DNA from: Alphaproteobacteria bacterium
Lineage (GTDB): Bacteria > Pseudomonadota > Alphaproteobacteria > UBA828
Assembly (NCBI GenBank): GCA_963422645.2
Contig: CAXXVO010000009.1
Span: 64,001 to 128,000, forward strand
Length of the DNA: 64,000 nucleotides
Direction of reading: 5' to 3'
The translations under genes and the position numbers were made by a program. Of the stretch, positions 48,669 to 58,569 are shown in pieces. The notes under the pieces were generated by a model. That model saw nothing but the letters and a program-made list of their open reading frames with translations, did not search any database and was not told where the DNA came from. Position 1 is the first letter of the stretch. Each line of letters starts with the position of its first letter.

Positions 48669-48935
48669 TCACGCCTTCTTATCCCCCGTGCGTGGCAGGT
48701 CGATGACCCGTCCGCCGTCCTTCCGTGGATCGAAATCGTAGCCCTTGCGCACCTCGACATTGCGCAGGATGACTTCGAGCGCCGTCGCGTCGAAGGGATC
48801 GACGTCGATCGGCGCGGCATACTTCGACTTGAGGCTGTGCAGCATCTCGCGTTCGTTGGGCATGAGGCTCTCCTCGACCGCTTCCGCAGCCTCGATCAAG
48901 CGCTGGAGCGCAACGAATGCGACCAGTTCGACCAT
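48669..48935 (-). CDS. Hypothetical protein (88 aa)
   Basis: ATG with upstream GAAGGGG; native-like composition; same strand as neighbours; no family recognised. Confidence 0.55.
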   Translation of the reverse strand: MVELVAFVALQRLIEAAEAVEESLMPNEREMLHSLKSKYAAPIDVDPFDATALEVILRNVEVRKGYDFDPRKDGGRVIDLPRTGDKKA

Positions 48936-48973
48936 TGCTCGACCCCTTCGCTATCGGTCCGCTTCAGCCCGTA

Positions 48974-49477
48974 CTATCTCTGCCAGGTACAGTCGGCGAT
49001 CATGACGACCCAACCGTCTGGCAAGTAGTCGACGTCGTAGCTGCAGATTCCTGTCACCCCGTCGTAAGGCCCTGTGCCGCCCAGGATTTCCATGGTGCCG
49101 GGCCCGCCGCTGCCCGCCTCGACGTCGCCCTCGCGCCGCTTGGAGAAGGTGTACCAGCGATCTCCCGAAGGCGCGGTCATCTCGCAGGGCACCTCAAGGT
49201 CGAAGCCCGCCTCCGAACGCTTGATGTAGACCACGCAGGTGGCGCGATCGTGCGTGCCTTCGACGAAGGGTGCGCCACTGCCCTCCAGAATGGTGACCAC
49301 GCCGTTCAGGGTCCCGCCGGTGACCCTCCCGCCGGGTTGGTCGATGGTGGTGTAGTCCTGCACGTAGGTACGAATGATGCGGAGGCTGCCGCTCTCCTCC
49401 GCCGTCGCGATGTGCGCCGCACCCAGCATCCCTGCCCCGGCGACCAGCGCCGCGGCCATCTTCGCCGCTGCAACCAT
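48974..49477 (-). CDS. Secreted hypothetical protein, predicted beta-barrel (allene-oxide-cyclase/dirigent-like)
   Basis: GAGG RBS, Ala-rich signal peptide, alternating beta-strand pattern, ILGGTG.Y.G..G motif, four Cys. Confidence 0.55.
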   Translation of the reverse strand: MVAAAKMAAALVAGAGMLGAAHIATAEESGSLRIIRTYVQDYTTIDQPGGRVTGGTLNGVVTILEGSGAPFVEGTHDRATCVVYIKRSEAGFDLEVPCEMTAPSGDRWYTFSKRREGDVEAGSGGPGTMEILGGTGPYDGVTGICSYDVDYLPDGWVVMIADCTWQR

Positions 49478-49599
49478 CTCTGTCCTCGCCTGTCGGACGA
49501 TCAGTGGCGGAATGGTAAGGGCCTGGGTGCTACCGGTACAACCGGAGCGGCGGCTTGGTCTGGACGGTCGGAGATGCGTGCCGAGCGGGCGGCGCGCCT

Positions 49600-50214
49600 T
49601 CAGTCGTCTCCGCCCTTTCTGCCGCGCCCGCTCAGCGCATCGAGCTGGGCCTGCATCTTGTCGAGCCTGTCGAGAACGTCGCCGACATCCGCCGCCTCAT
49701 CGCCCTCTCCGTCGGGCTTCGGCTCCTCCTGACGCTCGCCGGCGGGAAAGCCCGAGAACATCTCCATGGAGCGCTGCATCAGCGCCATGTTGCGCTCGGC
49801 CATGGCCTCGAACTCGTCGACCGGGAACATGCCGCCGAAGGTGCTGTTCATGCGCTCGCGCATGTCCCCCTGATTGCGCGCGAAGGTCTCCATGGCGACT
49901 TCGAGATAGCTGGGCACGAACGCCTGGACGTTGTCGCCGTAGAGCTGGATCAGCTGGCGCAGGAAGCTGATCGGGAGCATGTTCTGCCCCTTGGCCTCCT
50001 GCTCGACGATGATCTGGGTCAGCACCTGGCGGGTGATGTCGTCGCCGGACTTTGCGTCGCGCACGACGAAGTCCTCGCCCTTCCGCACCATGTCGCAGAG
50101 GTTTTCGAGGGTCACGTAGCTGCCGGTGGCGGTGTTGTAGAGCCGGCGATTGGCGTACTTCTTGATGACGATAGTTGCTTGGGCGGCCTCGTCGGCCCGG
50201 TCGGTCGCGGCCAT
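49600..50214 (-). CDS. phaR: Polyhydroxyalkanoate synthesis repressor PhaR
   Basis: IKKYANRRLYNT..GSYVTL, DAKSGDDITRQVLTQII.E.E, LP..FLRQLI..YG. Confidence 0.95.
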   Translation of the reverse strand: MAATDRADEAAQATIVIKKYANRRLYNTATGSYVTLENLCDMVRKGEDFVVRDAKSGDDITRQVLTQIIVEQEAKGQNMLPISFLRQLIQLYGDNVQAFVPSYLEVAMETFARNQGDMRERMNSTFGGMFPVDEFEAMAERNMALMQRSMEMFSGFPAGERQEEPKPDGEGDEAADVGDVLDRLDKMQAQLDALSGRGRKGGDD

Positions 50215-50234
50215 CTCCCTGGCCCCCGCTCCGG

Positions 50235-51974
50235 CTATTCGGCCGCCTCCGGCAGCGGCGTATCCTCCCCGTAGCGCGCGACCCAGGAGGGCTCGAAGCC
50301 GTAGTCCCGCGCCGCGGCCCCGGCACTGACATAGCCCTCCATCACATCCTCCACCACGGCACGCGGGTCGCGCTCGCGCGGCTCGCCGTAGCCGCCGCCG
50401 CCCGGCGCCTTGACCGAGACCCGCTCGCCGGGGCGGATCGGCACGTTCGAGTACTTGCTGGTGGAAATCTTGCCGAACGCCTCGCCCACCGTGGTCCAGC
50501 GGTTGGCGCCTTCCTTCCGATAGAGCGTGGCGCCGGCAATGCCCGAGCCGCCTCCGTACAGGCCCCAGGCGACCTTCTTATGCTTGTTGGTCATCTGGCT
50601 GATCATCACATCGCCGGTGCAGAGCATGGTCTTGGAGATGCTCAAGCCGCCGCGATGGGCGCCGGCGCCGCCGGAATCAGGCCGCAGCGCATATTCCTCG
50701 ACGATCCACGGGAAGCGCGTCTCGAACACCTCGGTCGGCGTGTTGGCGCAGTTGCCGTTGATCGAATCCGTGGCGTCGTTGCCATCGGCGAAGCTGCGTC
50801 CGCCGTAGCCGACATAGGAGAAGTCGAACGCGCCGATGGGCTCGTCGTTGCGCGCATCGTAGCCGCCGAAAACGAAGCAGCCGTGGGTGGTGCCTTCGGA
50901 GGCCATCACGCGGTCGGGCGCCGCCGGCGCCATCGCGCCCAGGATGATGGCGACGATGAGCGGGTGGGTCTCGGTATTGCCGCCGACTTCGGAGCCCGGA
51001 TAGTCCACGTTCATCACGGAGCCGGCGGGCGCGATCACCCGGATCGGGCGGAAGCAGCCCGAGTTCTTCGGGATCGTCTGGTCGGTGAGATGCAGCATCG
51101 CGTTGTAGGACGCGGACCAGGCAACGCCCAAGGTGGCGTTGATCGGACCCAGCGCCTGCGACGAGGAGCCGGTGTAGTCGATCACCACCTCGTCGCCCTG
51201 GACGTGGACCGCGCAGCGGATGGTGTACTCCTTGTCCTCGATGCCGTCGTCTTCCAGCCCGTCCTCGAAGCGGTAGCAGCCGTCGGGGAAGGCCCCGATC
51301 TCGGCCCGCATGCGGGCCTCCGAATAGTCCATCAGGTCAATGACGGTGCGGTGGAAGGTCTCCCGGCCGTACTTGCCGATCAGCTCCTTCATCCGCGCTT
51401 CGCCGAGATCGACGGCGGAGATCATCGCCCTGAGGTCGCCGTAGTTCTGGCGCGGGGTGCGGACGTTCGCCAGCATCAGCTTCCACACCTCGACCATGTC
51501 TTCGCCGCGCTTCTTGATCTTGACCGGGGGCACGCGCAGGCCCTCGTGAAAGATCTCGGTGGCCTCGCCGGGGAAGCCGCCGGGCACCATGCCGCCGGTC
51601 TCGACGAAATGGCCGATGGCGACGGCAAAACCCATAATCTCGCCATCGACGAAGATCGGCTTGAACATGGTGTGTTCGGGCGTGTGCAGACCGCCCCGGT
51701 AGGGATCGTTGTGGACGATGACGTCGCCTTCGTCGATCTCGTCGAGCGAGATCTCCTTGACCATCGAGCGCACCAGCAGCGGCACGCCGCCGATCTGTGC
51801 CGGGCAGAACTCGGCCACGGCGATCATCTCGCCCTTGGTGTTGGCCAGCGCACAGGTGAAGTCCTCGGCCTCGGAGAAGATCGTCGAATATGCGGTCTTC
51901 TGCACGTTGACGCCCATCTCGCGGCAAATCGCGACCATGGCGGATTCGATGATGTTCATCGTGACCATATCCAT
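50235..51974 (-). CDS. Hydantoinase B/oxoprolinase family subunit
   Basis: TAYSTIFSE, NDPYRGGLH, EGLRVPPVK, NTPTEVFE, DSGGAG.HRGG, PGGGGYGEP. Confidence 0.9.
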   Translation of the reverse strand: MDMVTMNIIESAMVAICREMGVNVQKTAYSTIFSEAEDFTCALANTKGEMIAVAEFCPAQIGGVPLLVRSMVKEISLDEIDEGDVIVHNDPYRGGLHTPEHTMFKPIFVDGEIMGFAVAIGHFVETGGMVPGGFPGEATEIFHEGLRVPPVKIKKRGEDMVEVWKLMLANVRTPRQNYGDLRAMISAVDLGEARMKELIGKYGRETFHRTVIDLMDYSEARMRAEIGAFPDGCYRFEDGLEDDGIEDKEYTIRCAVHVQGDEVVIDYTGSSSQALGPINATLGVAWSASYNAMLHLTDQTIPKNSGCFRPIRVIAPAGSVMNVDYPGSEVGGNTETHPLIVAIILGAMAPAAPDRVMASEGTTHGCFVFGGYDARNDEPIGAFDFSYVGYGGRSFADGNDATDSINGNCANTPTEVFETRFPWIVEEYALRPDSGGAGAHRGGLSISKTMLCTGDVMISQMTNKHKKVAWGLYGGGSGIAGATLYRKEGANRWTTVGEAFGKISTSKYSNVPIRPGERVSVKAPGGGGYGEPRERDPRAVVEDVMEGYVSAGAAARDYGFEPSWVARYGEDTPLPEAAE

Positions 51975-52020
51975 GACGGATTCCTTTCTTCGCCCGCGCG
52001 CTCCCCGCCGGGGGGGGGGC

Positions 52021-54060
52021 TCAAGCCTGGCGCGCGATCTCGCCGATCAAAATATTTCCGTAGCGGTCGATCCGCACCGCCTGTCCGGGGCGGATGACGG
52101 TGACCGAGGCGGGCTCCTCGATCAGCGCCGGGCCTTCGAAGCGGTGGCCCTCCCGGAGTGCCGCACGATCGTGGACCGGAGTCTCCTGCCAGCCTTCCTC
52201 GAAGAGCACCCGCCGCGTCGCGACCGGCGCGGGCGCGCCCTCGGCCTGGCCGACTTCGGCGAGCCGCAGCTTGTCGGTCATCGAGACCGCCGTGACCTTG
52301 ACCGAGGTCATCTCGATCTTCTCGCCCGGGATATCGAAATTGAAGCGCTCGCGGTGGGCCCGGTGGAAGGCTTCCCACACCACCGGCAGCGTGTCCTCGT
52401 CGAAGCGGTCGAAGGCGATGGGCACATCGAGCTCGTGATTCTGCCCGAGGTAGCGCATCTCCAGCGACCGGAGGACCTCGATGTTCTCCGTGTAGCCCTG
52501 CTCCTCGAGCGCGGCGACACTCTCGCGGATTAGATCCGAGAGCACGCGATTGGCGTGGTCCTGATCGAAGGCCGCCGAGGTCATCTGCGCCGTCCGCTCC
52601 AGGTCGACCCGCGCGTCGGTCATCAGGAAGCCGAAGGCCGAGAACTGGCCGGGGTGGTTGGGCACGATGCCGCTCGGGATATTGGCGTGGACCATGAGGT
52701 CGGCGACGTGAACCGGGCCCGCGCCGCCGAAGGCGAGCAGGGTGAAGTCGCGCGGGTCGAGGCCGCGTTCGGTCAGCACCGAGCGAAGCGCGCCGATCAT
52801 GTTGTTGTTGGCGATCTGCACCATGGCGAGCGCGGTCTCCTCGACCGGCTTGTCGATCGCGCCTGCGACCCTGTCGATCGCCGCCGCCGCCGCGTCTGAG
52901 TCGAGCGCCATGGCGCCGCCGAGGAAGTTCGCAGGGTTGATGCGGCCGAGCACGAGGTTGGCGTCGGTCGCGGTCGCCTGGGTGCCGCCGAGGCCGTAGC
53001 AGGCGGGCCCCGGGTTCGCGCCCGCGCTCTCGGGCCCCATACGCAGCATGCCGCCCTTGTCGATCCAGGCCAGCGAGCCGCCGCCCGCGCCCATGGTGCG
53101 GATGTCGATCATGGGAATCTGGATCGGCAGGCCGAACTCGATCTCGAAGCTCGTGGTGAAGCTCTCGTTGCCGCCGACCACGGTCGAGACATCCGTCGAC
53201 GTGCCGCCCATATCGAGGGTGACGAGGTGATCGACGCCGACGCTGCGGGCGATCTGTTTGGCGCCCACCACTCCTCCGGTGGGACCGGAGAGGGTCATCT
53301 GGATGGGGTGGCGGGCGGCCTCCTCCAGGGTCATCTCGCCGCCGTTGGACTTGATCGCGGCAACCTGGCGGGTGATGCCCTTGTCGTCGAGCCGCGTCCG
53401 CATGGCGCCCAGATGGTGGCCCACGACGGGCTTGATATAGGCGTCGGTGATGGTGGTGGAGGAGCGTTCGAATTCCTTCCACTTGGGCAGCACCTCGTAA
53501 GAGATGCTGACCGGGATGTCGGGGCACACTTCGGCGAAGATTTCCTGCGCCCTGCGCTCATGGTCGGGCGTCACGAAGGAGAAGAGGAAGTTGATGGCGA
53601 CCGCCTCGACACGGCCGATGGCCTTGATTTCACGCGCGATGGCGCGGACGCGCTCGGTGTCCAGTTCCTGGTAAACCTCGCCCCGCGCCAGAATCCGCCC
53701 GTCCACCTCGTAGCAGTGGCGCCGCTTCACCAGCGGCTTGGCCTTGACCCAGGTGATGTCGTAGTGGCTCTTGCGCTTGCCGCGCTGGATGAAGGGGACG
53801 TCACGAAACCCGGTGGTGGTCAGGTAGGCGACCGTGGCGCCCTTGCGCTCCAGGATCGCGTTGGTCGCGATGGTGGTGCCGAAGCGGATATTGCCGATGG
53901 CGCCCACATCGCCGGAGCGGTCCAACCCGTCGATAATCCCGTCGATGGGATCGGCCGGGGTCGAGAGGGTCTTCCAGACGTCGACGGCCTGAGTGTCCGG
54001 ATCGTAGCGAACGAAGTCCGTGAAGGTTCCGCCCACGTCGATCCCGACCAAGTCGCTCAT
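52021..54060 (-). CDS. Hydantoinase A/oxoprolinase family ATP-binding subunit
   Basis: GIDVGGTFTD, GTTIATNAILE, SGPTGG, DMGGTSTD, GAGGGS, AFGGAG. Confidence 0.92.
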   Translation of the reverse strand: MSDLVGIDVGGTFTDFVRYDPDTQAVDVWKTLSTPADPIDGIIDGLDRSGDVGAIGNIRFGTTIATNAILERKGATVAYLTTTGFRDVPFIQRGKRKSHYDITWVKAKPLVKRRHCYEVDGRILARGEVYQELDTERVRAIAREIKAIGRVEAVAINFLFSFVTPDHERRAQEIFAEVCPDIPVSISYEVLPKWKEFERSSTTITDAYIKPVVGHHLGAMRTRLDDKGITRQVAAIKSNGGEMTLEEAARHPIQMTLSGPTGGVVGAKQIARSVGVDHLVTLDMGGTSTDVSTVVGGNESFTTSFEIEFGLPIQIPMIDIRTMGAGGGSLAWIDKGGMLRMGPESAGANPGPACYGLGGTQATATDANLVLGRINPANFLGGAMALDSDAAAAAIDRVAGAIDKPVEETALAMVQIANNNMIGALRSVLTERGLDPRDFTLLAFGGAGPVHVADLMVHANIPSGIVPNHPGQFSAFGFLMTDARVDLERTAQMTSAAFDQDHANRVLSDLIRESVAALEEQGYTENIEVLRSLEMRYLGQNHELDVPIAFDRFDEDTLPVVWEAFHRAHRERFNFDIPGEKIEMTSVKVTAVSMTDKLRLAEVGQAEGAPAPVATRRVLFEEGWQETPVHDRAALREGHRFEGPALIEEPASVTVIRPGQAVRIDRYGNILIGEIARQA

Positions 54061-54117
54061 GGTGCCCTGCCCCGTCGGCCGGCGGGTTGATCGAATGCGT
54101 CGCGCGGTGCCGCGCGC

Positions 54118-54333
54118 TCAGCCGGTCTCGTGGATGCCCTGCTTCGGCAGCGGAATGCGCGGCTGCTCGACACCGTCGGCCCGCGCCGTGAACCACTGGA
54201 TGCACCAATCGGAGCAGAAGAGCTGATCCTTGCCCTTCACCGCGGCGGAGAGGCCCTCGTCATAGATGAGCACGCCGCAGTTGTCGCACTTCACGTAGCG
54301 TTCGATGTAATACCCGTTGTCCGAAAAGCGCAT
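54118..54333 (-). CDS. Small TRASH-like four-Cys metal-binding protein (71 aa)
   Basis: GGGAGG RBS; CDNC-x20-CSDWC spacing fits the TRASH consensus CxxC-x(19-22)-CxxxC; first gene of the hyuAB operon. Confidence 0.65.
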   Translation of the reverse strand: MRFSDNGYYIERYVKCDNCGVLIYDEGLSAAVKGKDQLFCSDWCIQWFTARADGVEQPRIPLPKQGIHETG

Positions 54334-54461
54334 GCCGTTTCCCTCCCGTCCGGCTCCTGCGGCCGGCCTCAGCAAGCGGCCGGAGTGTGGAGAGAAGGGG
54401 CGCGCGAGTCAACGGGGTGGCAGCTTGGTATACATGAGCGCACTCGATCGGGGAGACACCC

Positions 54462-54776
54462 ATGAGAGCGGCGACAAACCGGATTGCGACGCACCCAGGC
54501 GCTCTCTTGCGCGAACAAGTCAGCGAGATGGAACTTTCCGTTCATCGCATGGCGCGGGATATCGGCCTGCCGGCGACCCGCCTGCATGAGATCATCCACG
54601 AGCGGCGCGGCGTGAGTGCCGAGACCGCAATCGCGCTGGGAACGTATTTCGGTCAGAGCCCGGAGTTCTGGATGAACGCCCAGAAGACCTTCGAACTCTC
54701 CAAGGCTCTGGTCGAGAACGGCCCGGCGATACGCGCACGGGTGCGTCCGCACACCGTGAACCAGGCGGCCCCCTGA
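54462..54776 (+). CDS. higA: HigA-family (XRE HTH) antitoxin, no adjacent toxin
   Basis: HPGALL, LHEIIHERRGVSAETAIALG.YFG.SPEFWMN.Q..FEL. Confidence 0.85.
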   Translation: MRAATNRIATHPGALLREQVSEMELSVHRMARDIGLPATRLHEIIHERRGVSAETAIALGTYFGQSPEFWMNAQKTFELSKALVENGPAIRARVRPHTVNQAAP

Positions 54777-54801
54777 AGCGCTGCAGCCTCTGGCGAGTGG
54801 C

Positions 54802-57800
54802 TTATTCCGCCGCCTCGTCCGCGCCGGGGTCGTAGCCGTAGTCCCGCGCGGCCTCGGCCTCGCTCAGGTAGCCGCGGCTGAGGTCGGCGGCGACGCGCGA
54901 TCGTAGGCGGGTGCGCGGATCGCCGAGACCGCCGCCGCCGGGGGTTCGCACCTGCACCGTATCGCCCGGTGCCAGGTGATAGCCCTCGCCCTTGGAGAGA
55001 TGCGGCGGCTCCTCCACCACGTTGCCGCGGCGGACCTCGATGCGGTTGCATGCGCCCGGCAGGCCACCGGCGAGCCCGTGCGGGCCGGTGCGACCGTGAT
55101 CCATCATGAACGACGCCTTGGCCTCGCCCCTGAGCAGGCGCACACGGTAGCTCACGCCGAAGCCGCCCCGGTGCCGCCCGGCGCCGCCGGAGCCCTCGCG
55201 CAACGCATACTCCTCGAACAGGATGGGGTAGTGCTGCTCCAGGATTTCGGCCGGCTGGGTCTTGGAAATGCCGACGGACGAGCAGCCGTTGGTGAGTCCG
55301 TCATCCTCCCACCAGCCGCCGTAGCCGCCGCCCGAGAAGATGTACATGACATAGCGGCGCCCCTCGGCCGGGTCTTCGCCGCCAAGGCTGAAATTGCCGC
55401 TGGTGCCGGCGGGAGCCGCGAACATGCGCTCCGGCATGGCCTGGCCCATGGCGCCGAACACCGCCTCCATGATTCGCTGCGCCGTCTCCGCCGCGCAGCC
55501 GGAGACGGGCCGGGGATACTCGGCATAGAGGAAGGTGCCGTGCGGCGGCGGCACGGCGATGGGGCGGAAGCAGCCGGCGTTGATCGGCACGTCGGGGAAG
55601 ATGTGCTTGATCGCGCAGTAGACCGAGGCGAGCGTCGTCGCCCAGACCGAGTTGACCGGCCCTCGGCAGGGTGGGCTGGAGTCGGCGAAGTCCACCGCGA
55701 GGTCGCTGCCCCCCACTGTGACCCTGGCGCAGACTTCCAGCGGCGCATCGTCGACGCCGTCGGAATCCATGTAGCTGGAGAAGACGTACTCGCCGTCGGG
55801 GACGGACGCGATGTGAGCGCGCATCCGGCGCTCCGAGCGCTCCTTGAGCACTTCGATGGCGGCGTTCACGGTCTCCTCACCATGCTTGTCCAGCAGTTGG
55901 GTCAACCGCCGCTCGCCGACCGAAAGCGCGCCGATCTGGGCACGGATGTCGCCGATGCGCTCCTCCGGCACGCGGATGTTGGCGAGCACGATCTGCATGA
56001 TGTCGTCGTCGAGCACGCCGCGCCGGTGGAGCTTGACCGGCGGCAGCCTGAGCCCCTCCTGCTGGATCTCGGTCGCCTGGGAGGGGAAGCCGCCCGGCAC
56101 CATCCCACCGGTGTCGGGCCAGTGCCCGGTGTTGGAGAGATAGGCCCAGAGCCGGCCCCTGTAGAAGAAAGGCCGTACCATCTTGACGTCCATCAGATGA
56201 GTGCCACCGAAGTAGGGGTCGTTGACCATCACGATGTCGCCGGGCTCCAGATCGTCGCGCGCTTCGATCACCGCCTGGGTGGTGGACTGCATGACGCCGA
56301 GGAAGATCGGCAGGCCAAGCTCCCCCTGCGCGATGATCTGGCCGGTCCTGGGGTCGTAGAGCCCGTTGGAGCGGTCGAAGCCCTCCGAGATCACCGGCGA
56401 GAACGAGGTGCGCTGGTGCACCAGGTCCATCTCGCTCGCCACTTGCTGAAGGCCGCTCTCGATCACCGCCAGGGTGACCGGGTCGAATGCGCCGTCGGCG
56501 CTCGCCTGAACCTCCGCCGCAGCCTGGGGCACGGTGAGCACCAGGTTGCCGAGGGCGTCGGCACGGGCCTCGGAACCCGGCTCCACCAGGATCGTGGTGT
56601 CGAGTTGCTGGATGACCGCAGGCCCCGCGATCGTGGCGTCGGCCGGTAGCCGCTCGCGCCGATAGATGGGCGTCTCGACCCAGGCGCCGTCGAAGTAGAC
56701 CGGGCGGGTCTCGACCAGCGCGGTGTCCAGCGTCGCTCCGCTCTCGTCGGCCGCGAGCGTGAGGTCGAGGGGCGGGCGGATGCCGCGCACGGTGGTCCGC
56801 AGGTTGACCAGGATCGGCTGCATCTCCGGCAGCACGATGTCGAAGCGCTCGCGGTAGAGCGCCGCGAAGGCGTCGCGGACGGCCGCTGCGTCGAAGCCAG
56901 CGTCTGCCACCGACACGCGGAAGACGTGGCTCTGGCCGCGGTAGAAGAGGTCCGCCTCGTGCTCGACCTCGACTGATGCGACGGTCACCCCTTCCTGGGC
57001 GAGCAGCGCCCTGCCCTCCGCCCCCTGCTCCGCCAGGATGCGGTCGGCTGCCGCCGGGTCCACGTCCTCGAGCGGCTGGTGCAGGGTGCGCACGAAGTCG
57101 TGGCGCACGTCGGCCAGCACGCAGCCGAGCGCGGACGTGATGCCGGGGTAGCGCGGCACCAGAACATGGGGCACGCCGAGCTCGCGGGCGATGGCTGTCG
57201 CGTGCATCGGCCCCGCGCCGCCAAAGGCGAAGAGGGCGAAATCGCGCGGATCGTGCCCCTTGTCCACGGAGACCAGCCGCGCCGCGCCTGCCATCTGGTG
57301 GTCCACCACGCGCAGGATCGCGGCCGCCGCCTCCGCCTCGTCAAGACCGAGCGGGTCTGCGATCTTGTCGCGGACGATGCGGCGCAGCTCGCCGATGTCC
57401 GGCGGGCTCTCGAGGCCGCCGATGGCGCCCGGGTCGATGCGGCCAAGCAGCAGGTTGGCGTCGGTCACCGTGGGCTCCTGCCCGCCCCTGCCGTAGCAGA
57501 TCGGCCCCGGCGCCGCGCCGGCGCTCTCGGGCCCGACGCGCAGGATGCCGCCCTCATCGACCCGCGCGATGCTGCCGCCGCCGGCGCCAATGGTCTGGAT
57601 ATCCACCATCGGCACGCGGAGCGGCATGCCGTAGGCGATGTCCTTCTCCGTCGTCGTGGCCGGCACGCCGCCCTGCACGATGGCGATGTCGAAGCTGGTG
57701 CCGCCCATGTCGCAGCTGATGAGGTTGGGGAAGCCGGCGGCGGCGCCCAGGTGGGCGGCGGCGATGACGCCGGCGGCCGGCCCCGACATGACCGTCTGCA

Positions 57801-58569
57801 CTGCCTTCTCGCCGGCGATACCGGCGGTCATCATGCCGCCGTTGCCCTGCATCACCAGCAGCTCGGACTCGACCGCGCCGGCCTTGAGCCGGGCCGCGAT
57901 GCGCTCGAGATAGCGGGTCATGATCGGCTGGATGTAGCCGTTCAGCGCCGCGGTGCTTCCCCGCTCGAACTCCCGCACCTCGCGCAGGATGTCGGAACCC
58001 AGCGTGATGTGGACCTCGGGCCACACCTCGCGGGCAATCGCGCCGGCGCGCCGCTCGTGGTCAGGATTGAGATAGGCGTGGATGAAGTGGACGATCAGCG
58101 CCTCTGCGCCGGTCGCGCGCGCCGCCTCGACCGCCTCGCGCACCTCGTCTTCGTGGAGGGGGGGCACCACCGCGCCGGAGGCGTCGATCCTCTCCGCCAC
58201 CTCGAAGCGGCGCTCGCGCGGCACGATGGGCTCGAAGCTGCCGAACATGCCCCACGGGTTGGGTCGGGTACGCCGGCCGAGCTCGAGCGTATCGCGGAAT
58301 CCTTGTGTGGTGATGAGCGCGCAGCGCACGCCCTTGCGCTCCAGCACGGCGTTGGTGCCGACCGTGGTGCCGTGAACCACCGTCTCGAAGCCGCCCGCTG
58401 CCTCGCCGAGCGCGGCGAGACCCGCCATGAAGCCGTCAGACTGATCCGCCGGGGTCGAAGGCACCTTGGCGATGCGCATGCCGCCCGACGCCTGATCGAC
58501 CAGCAGCAGGTCTGTGAAGGTGCCGCCGACATCGACCCCGAGCCGGCCGCGGGCGGATGCCTGGCTCAT
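54802..58569 (-). CDS. Fused hydantoinase A+B / ATP-dependent 5-oxoprolinase family protein
   Basis: N-half DVGGTFTD, DMGGTS; C-half DPVTL, NDPYFGGTHLMD, HWPDTGG, TPGGGG. Confidence 0.9.
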   Translation of the reverse strand: MSQASARGRLGVDVGGTFTDLLLVDQASGGMRIAKVPSTPADQSDGFMAGLAALGEAAGGFETVVHGTTVGTNAVLERKGVRCALITTQGFRDTLELGRRTRPNPWGMFGSFEPIVPRERRFEVAERIDASGAVVPPLHEDEVREAVEAARATGAEALIVHFIHAYLNPDHERRAGAIAREVWPEVHITLGSDILREVREFERGSTAALNGYIQPIMTRYLERIAARLKAGAVESELLVMQGNGGMMTAGIAGEKAVQTVMSGPAAGVIAAAHLGAAAGFPNLISCDMGGTSFDIAIVQGGVPATTTEKDIAYGMPLRVPMVDIQTIGAGGGSIARVDEGGILRVGPESAGAAPGPICYGRGGQEPTVTDANLLLGRIDPGAIGGLESPPDIGELRRIVRDKIADPLGLDEAEAAAAILRVVDHQMAGAARLVSVDKGHDPRDFALFAFGGAGPMHATAIARELGVPHVLVPRYPGITSALGCVLADVRHDFVRTLHQPLEDVDPAAADRILAEQGAEGRALLAQEGVTVASVEVEHEADLFYRGQSHVFRVSVADAGFDAAAVRDAFAALYRERFDIVLPEMQPILVNLRTTVRGIRPPLDLTLAADESGATLDTALVETRPVYFDGAWVETPIYRRERLPADATIAGPAVIQQLDTTILVEPGSEARADALGNLVLTVPQAAAEVQASADGAFDPVTLAVIESGLQQVASEMDLVHQRTSFSPVISEGFDRSNGLYDPRTGQIIAQGELGLPIFLGVMQSTTQAVIEARDDLEPGDIVMVNDPYFGGTHLMDVKMVRPFFYRGRLWAYLSNTGHWPDTGGMVPGGFPSQATEIQQEGLRLPPVKLHRRGVLDDDIMQIVLANIRVPEERIGDIRAQIGALSVGERRLTQLLDKHGEETVNAAIEVLKERSERRMRAHIASVPDGEYVFSSYMDSDGVDDAPLEVCARVTVGGSDLAVDFADSSPPCRGPVNSVWATTLASVYCAIKHIFPDVPINAGCFRPIAVPPPHGTFLYAEYPRPVSGCAAETAQRIMEAVFGAMGQAMPERMFAAPAGTSGNFSLGGEDPAEGRRYVMYIFSGGGYGGWWEDDGLTNGCSSVGISKTQPAEILEQHYPILFEEYALREGSGGAGRHRGGFGVSYRVRLLRGEAKASFMMDHGRTGPHGLAGGLPGACNRIEVRRGNVVEEPPHLSKGEGYHLAPGDTVQVRTPGGGGLGDPRTRLRSRVAADLSRGYLSEAEAARDYGYDPGADEAAE

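Noticed and set aside
52010-52019. G10 homopolymer as a phase-variation tract
   Set aside because: Intergenic between hyuA and hyuB, pairs with an adjacent C-rich stretch as a hairpin, and lies in neither a CDS nor an evident promoter
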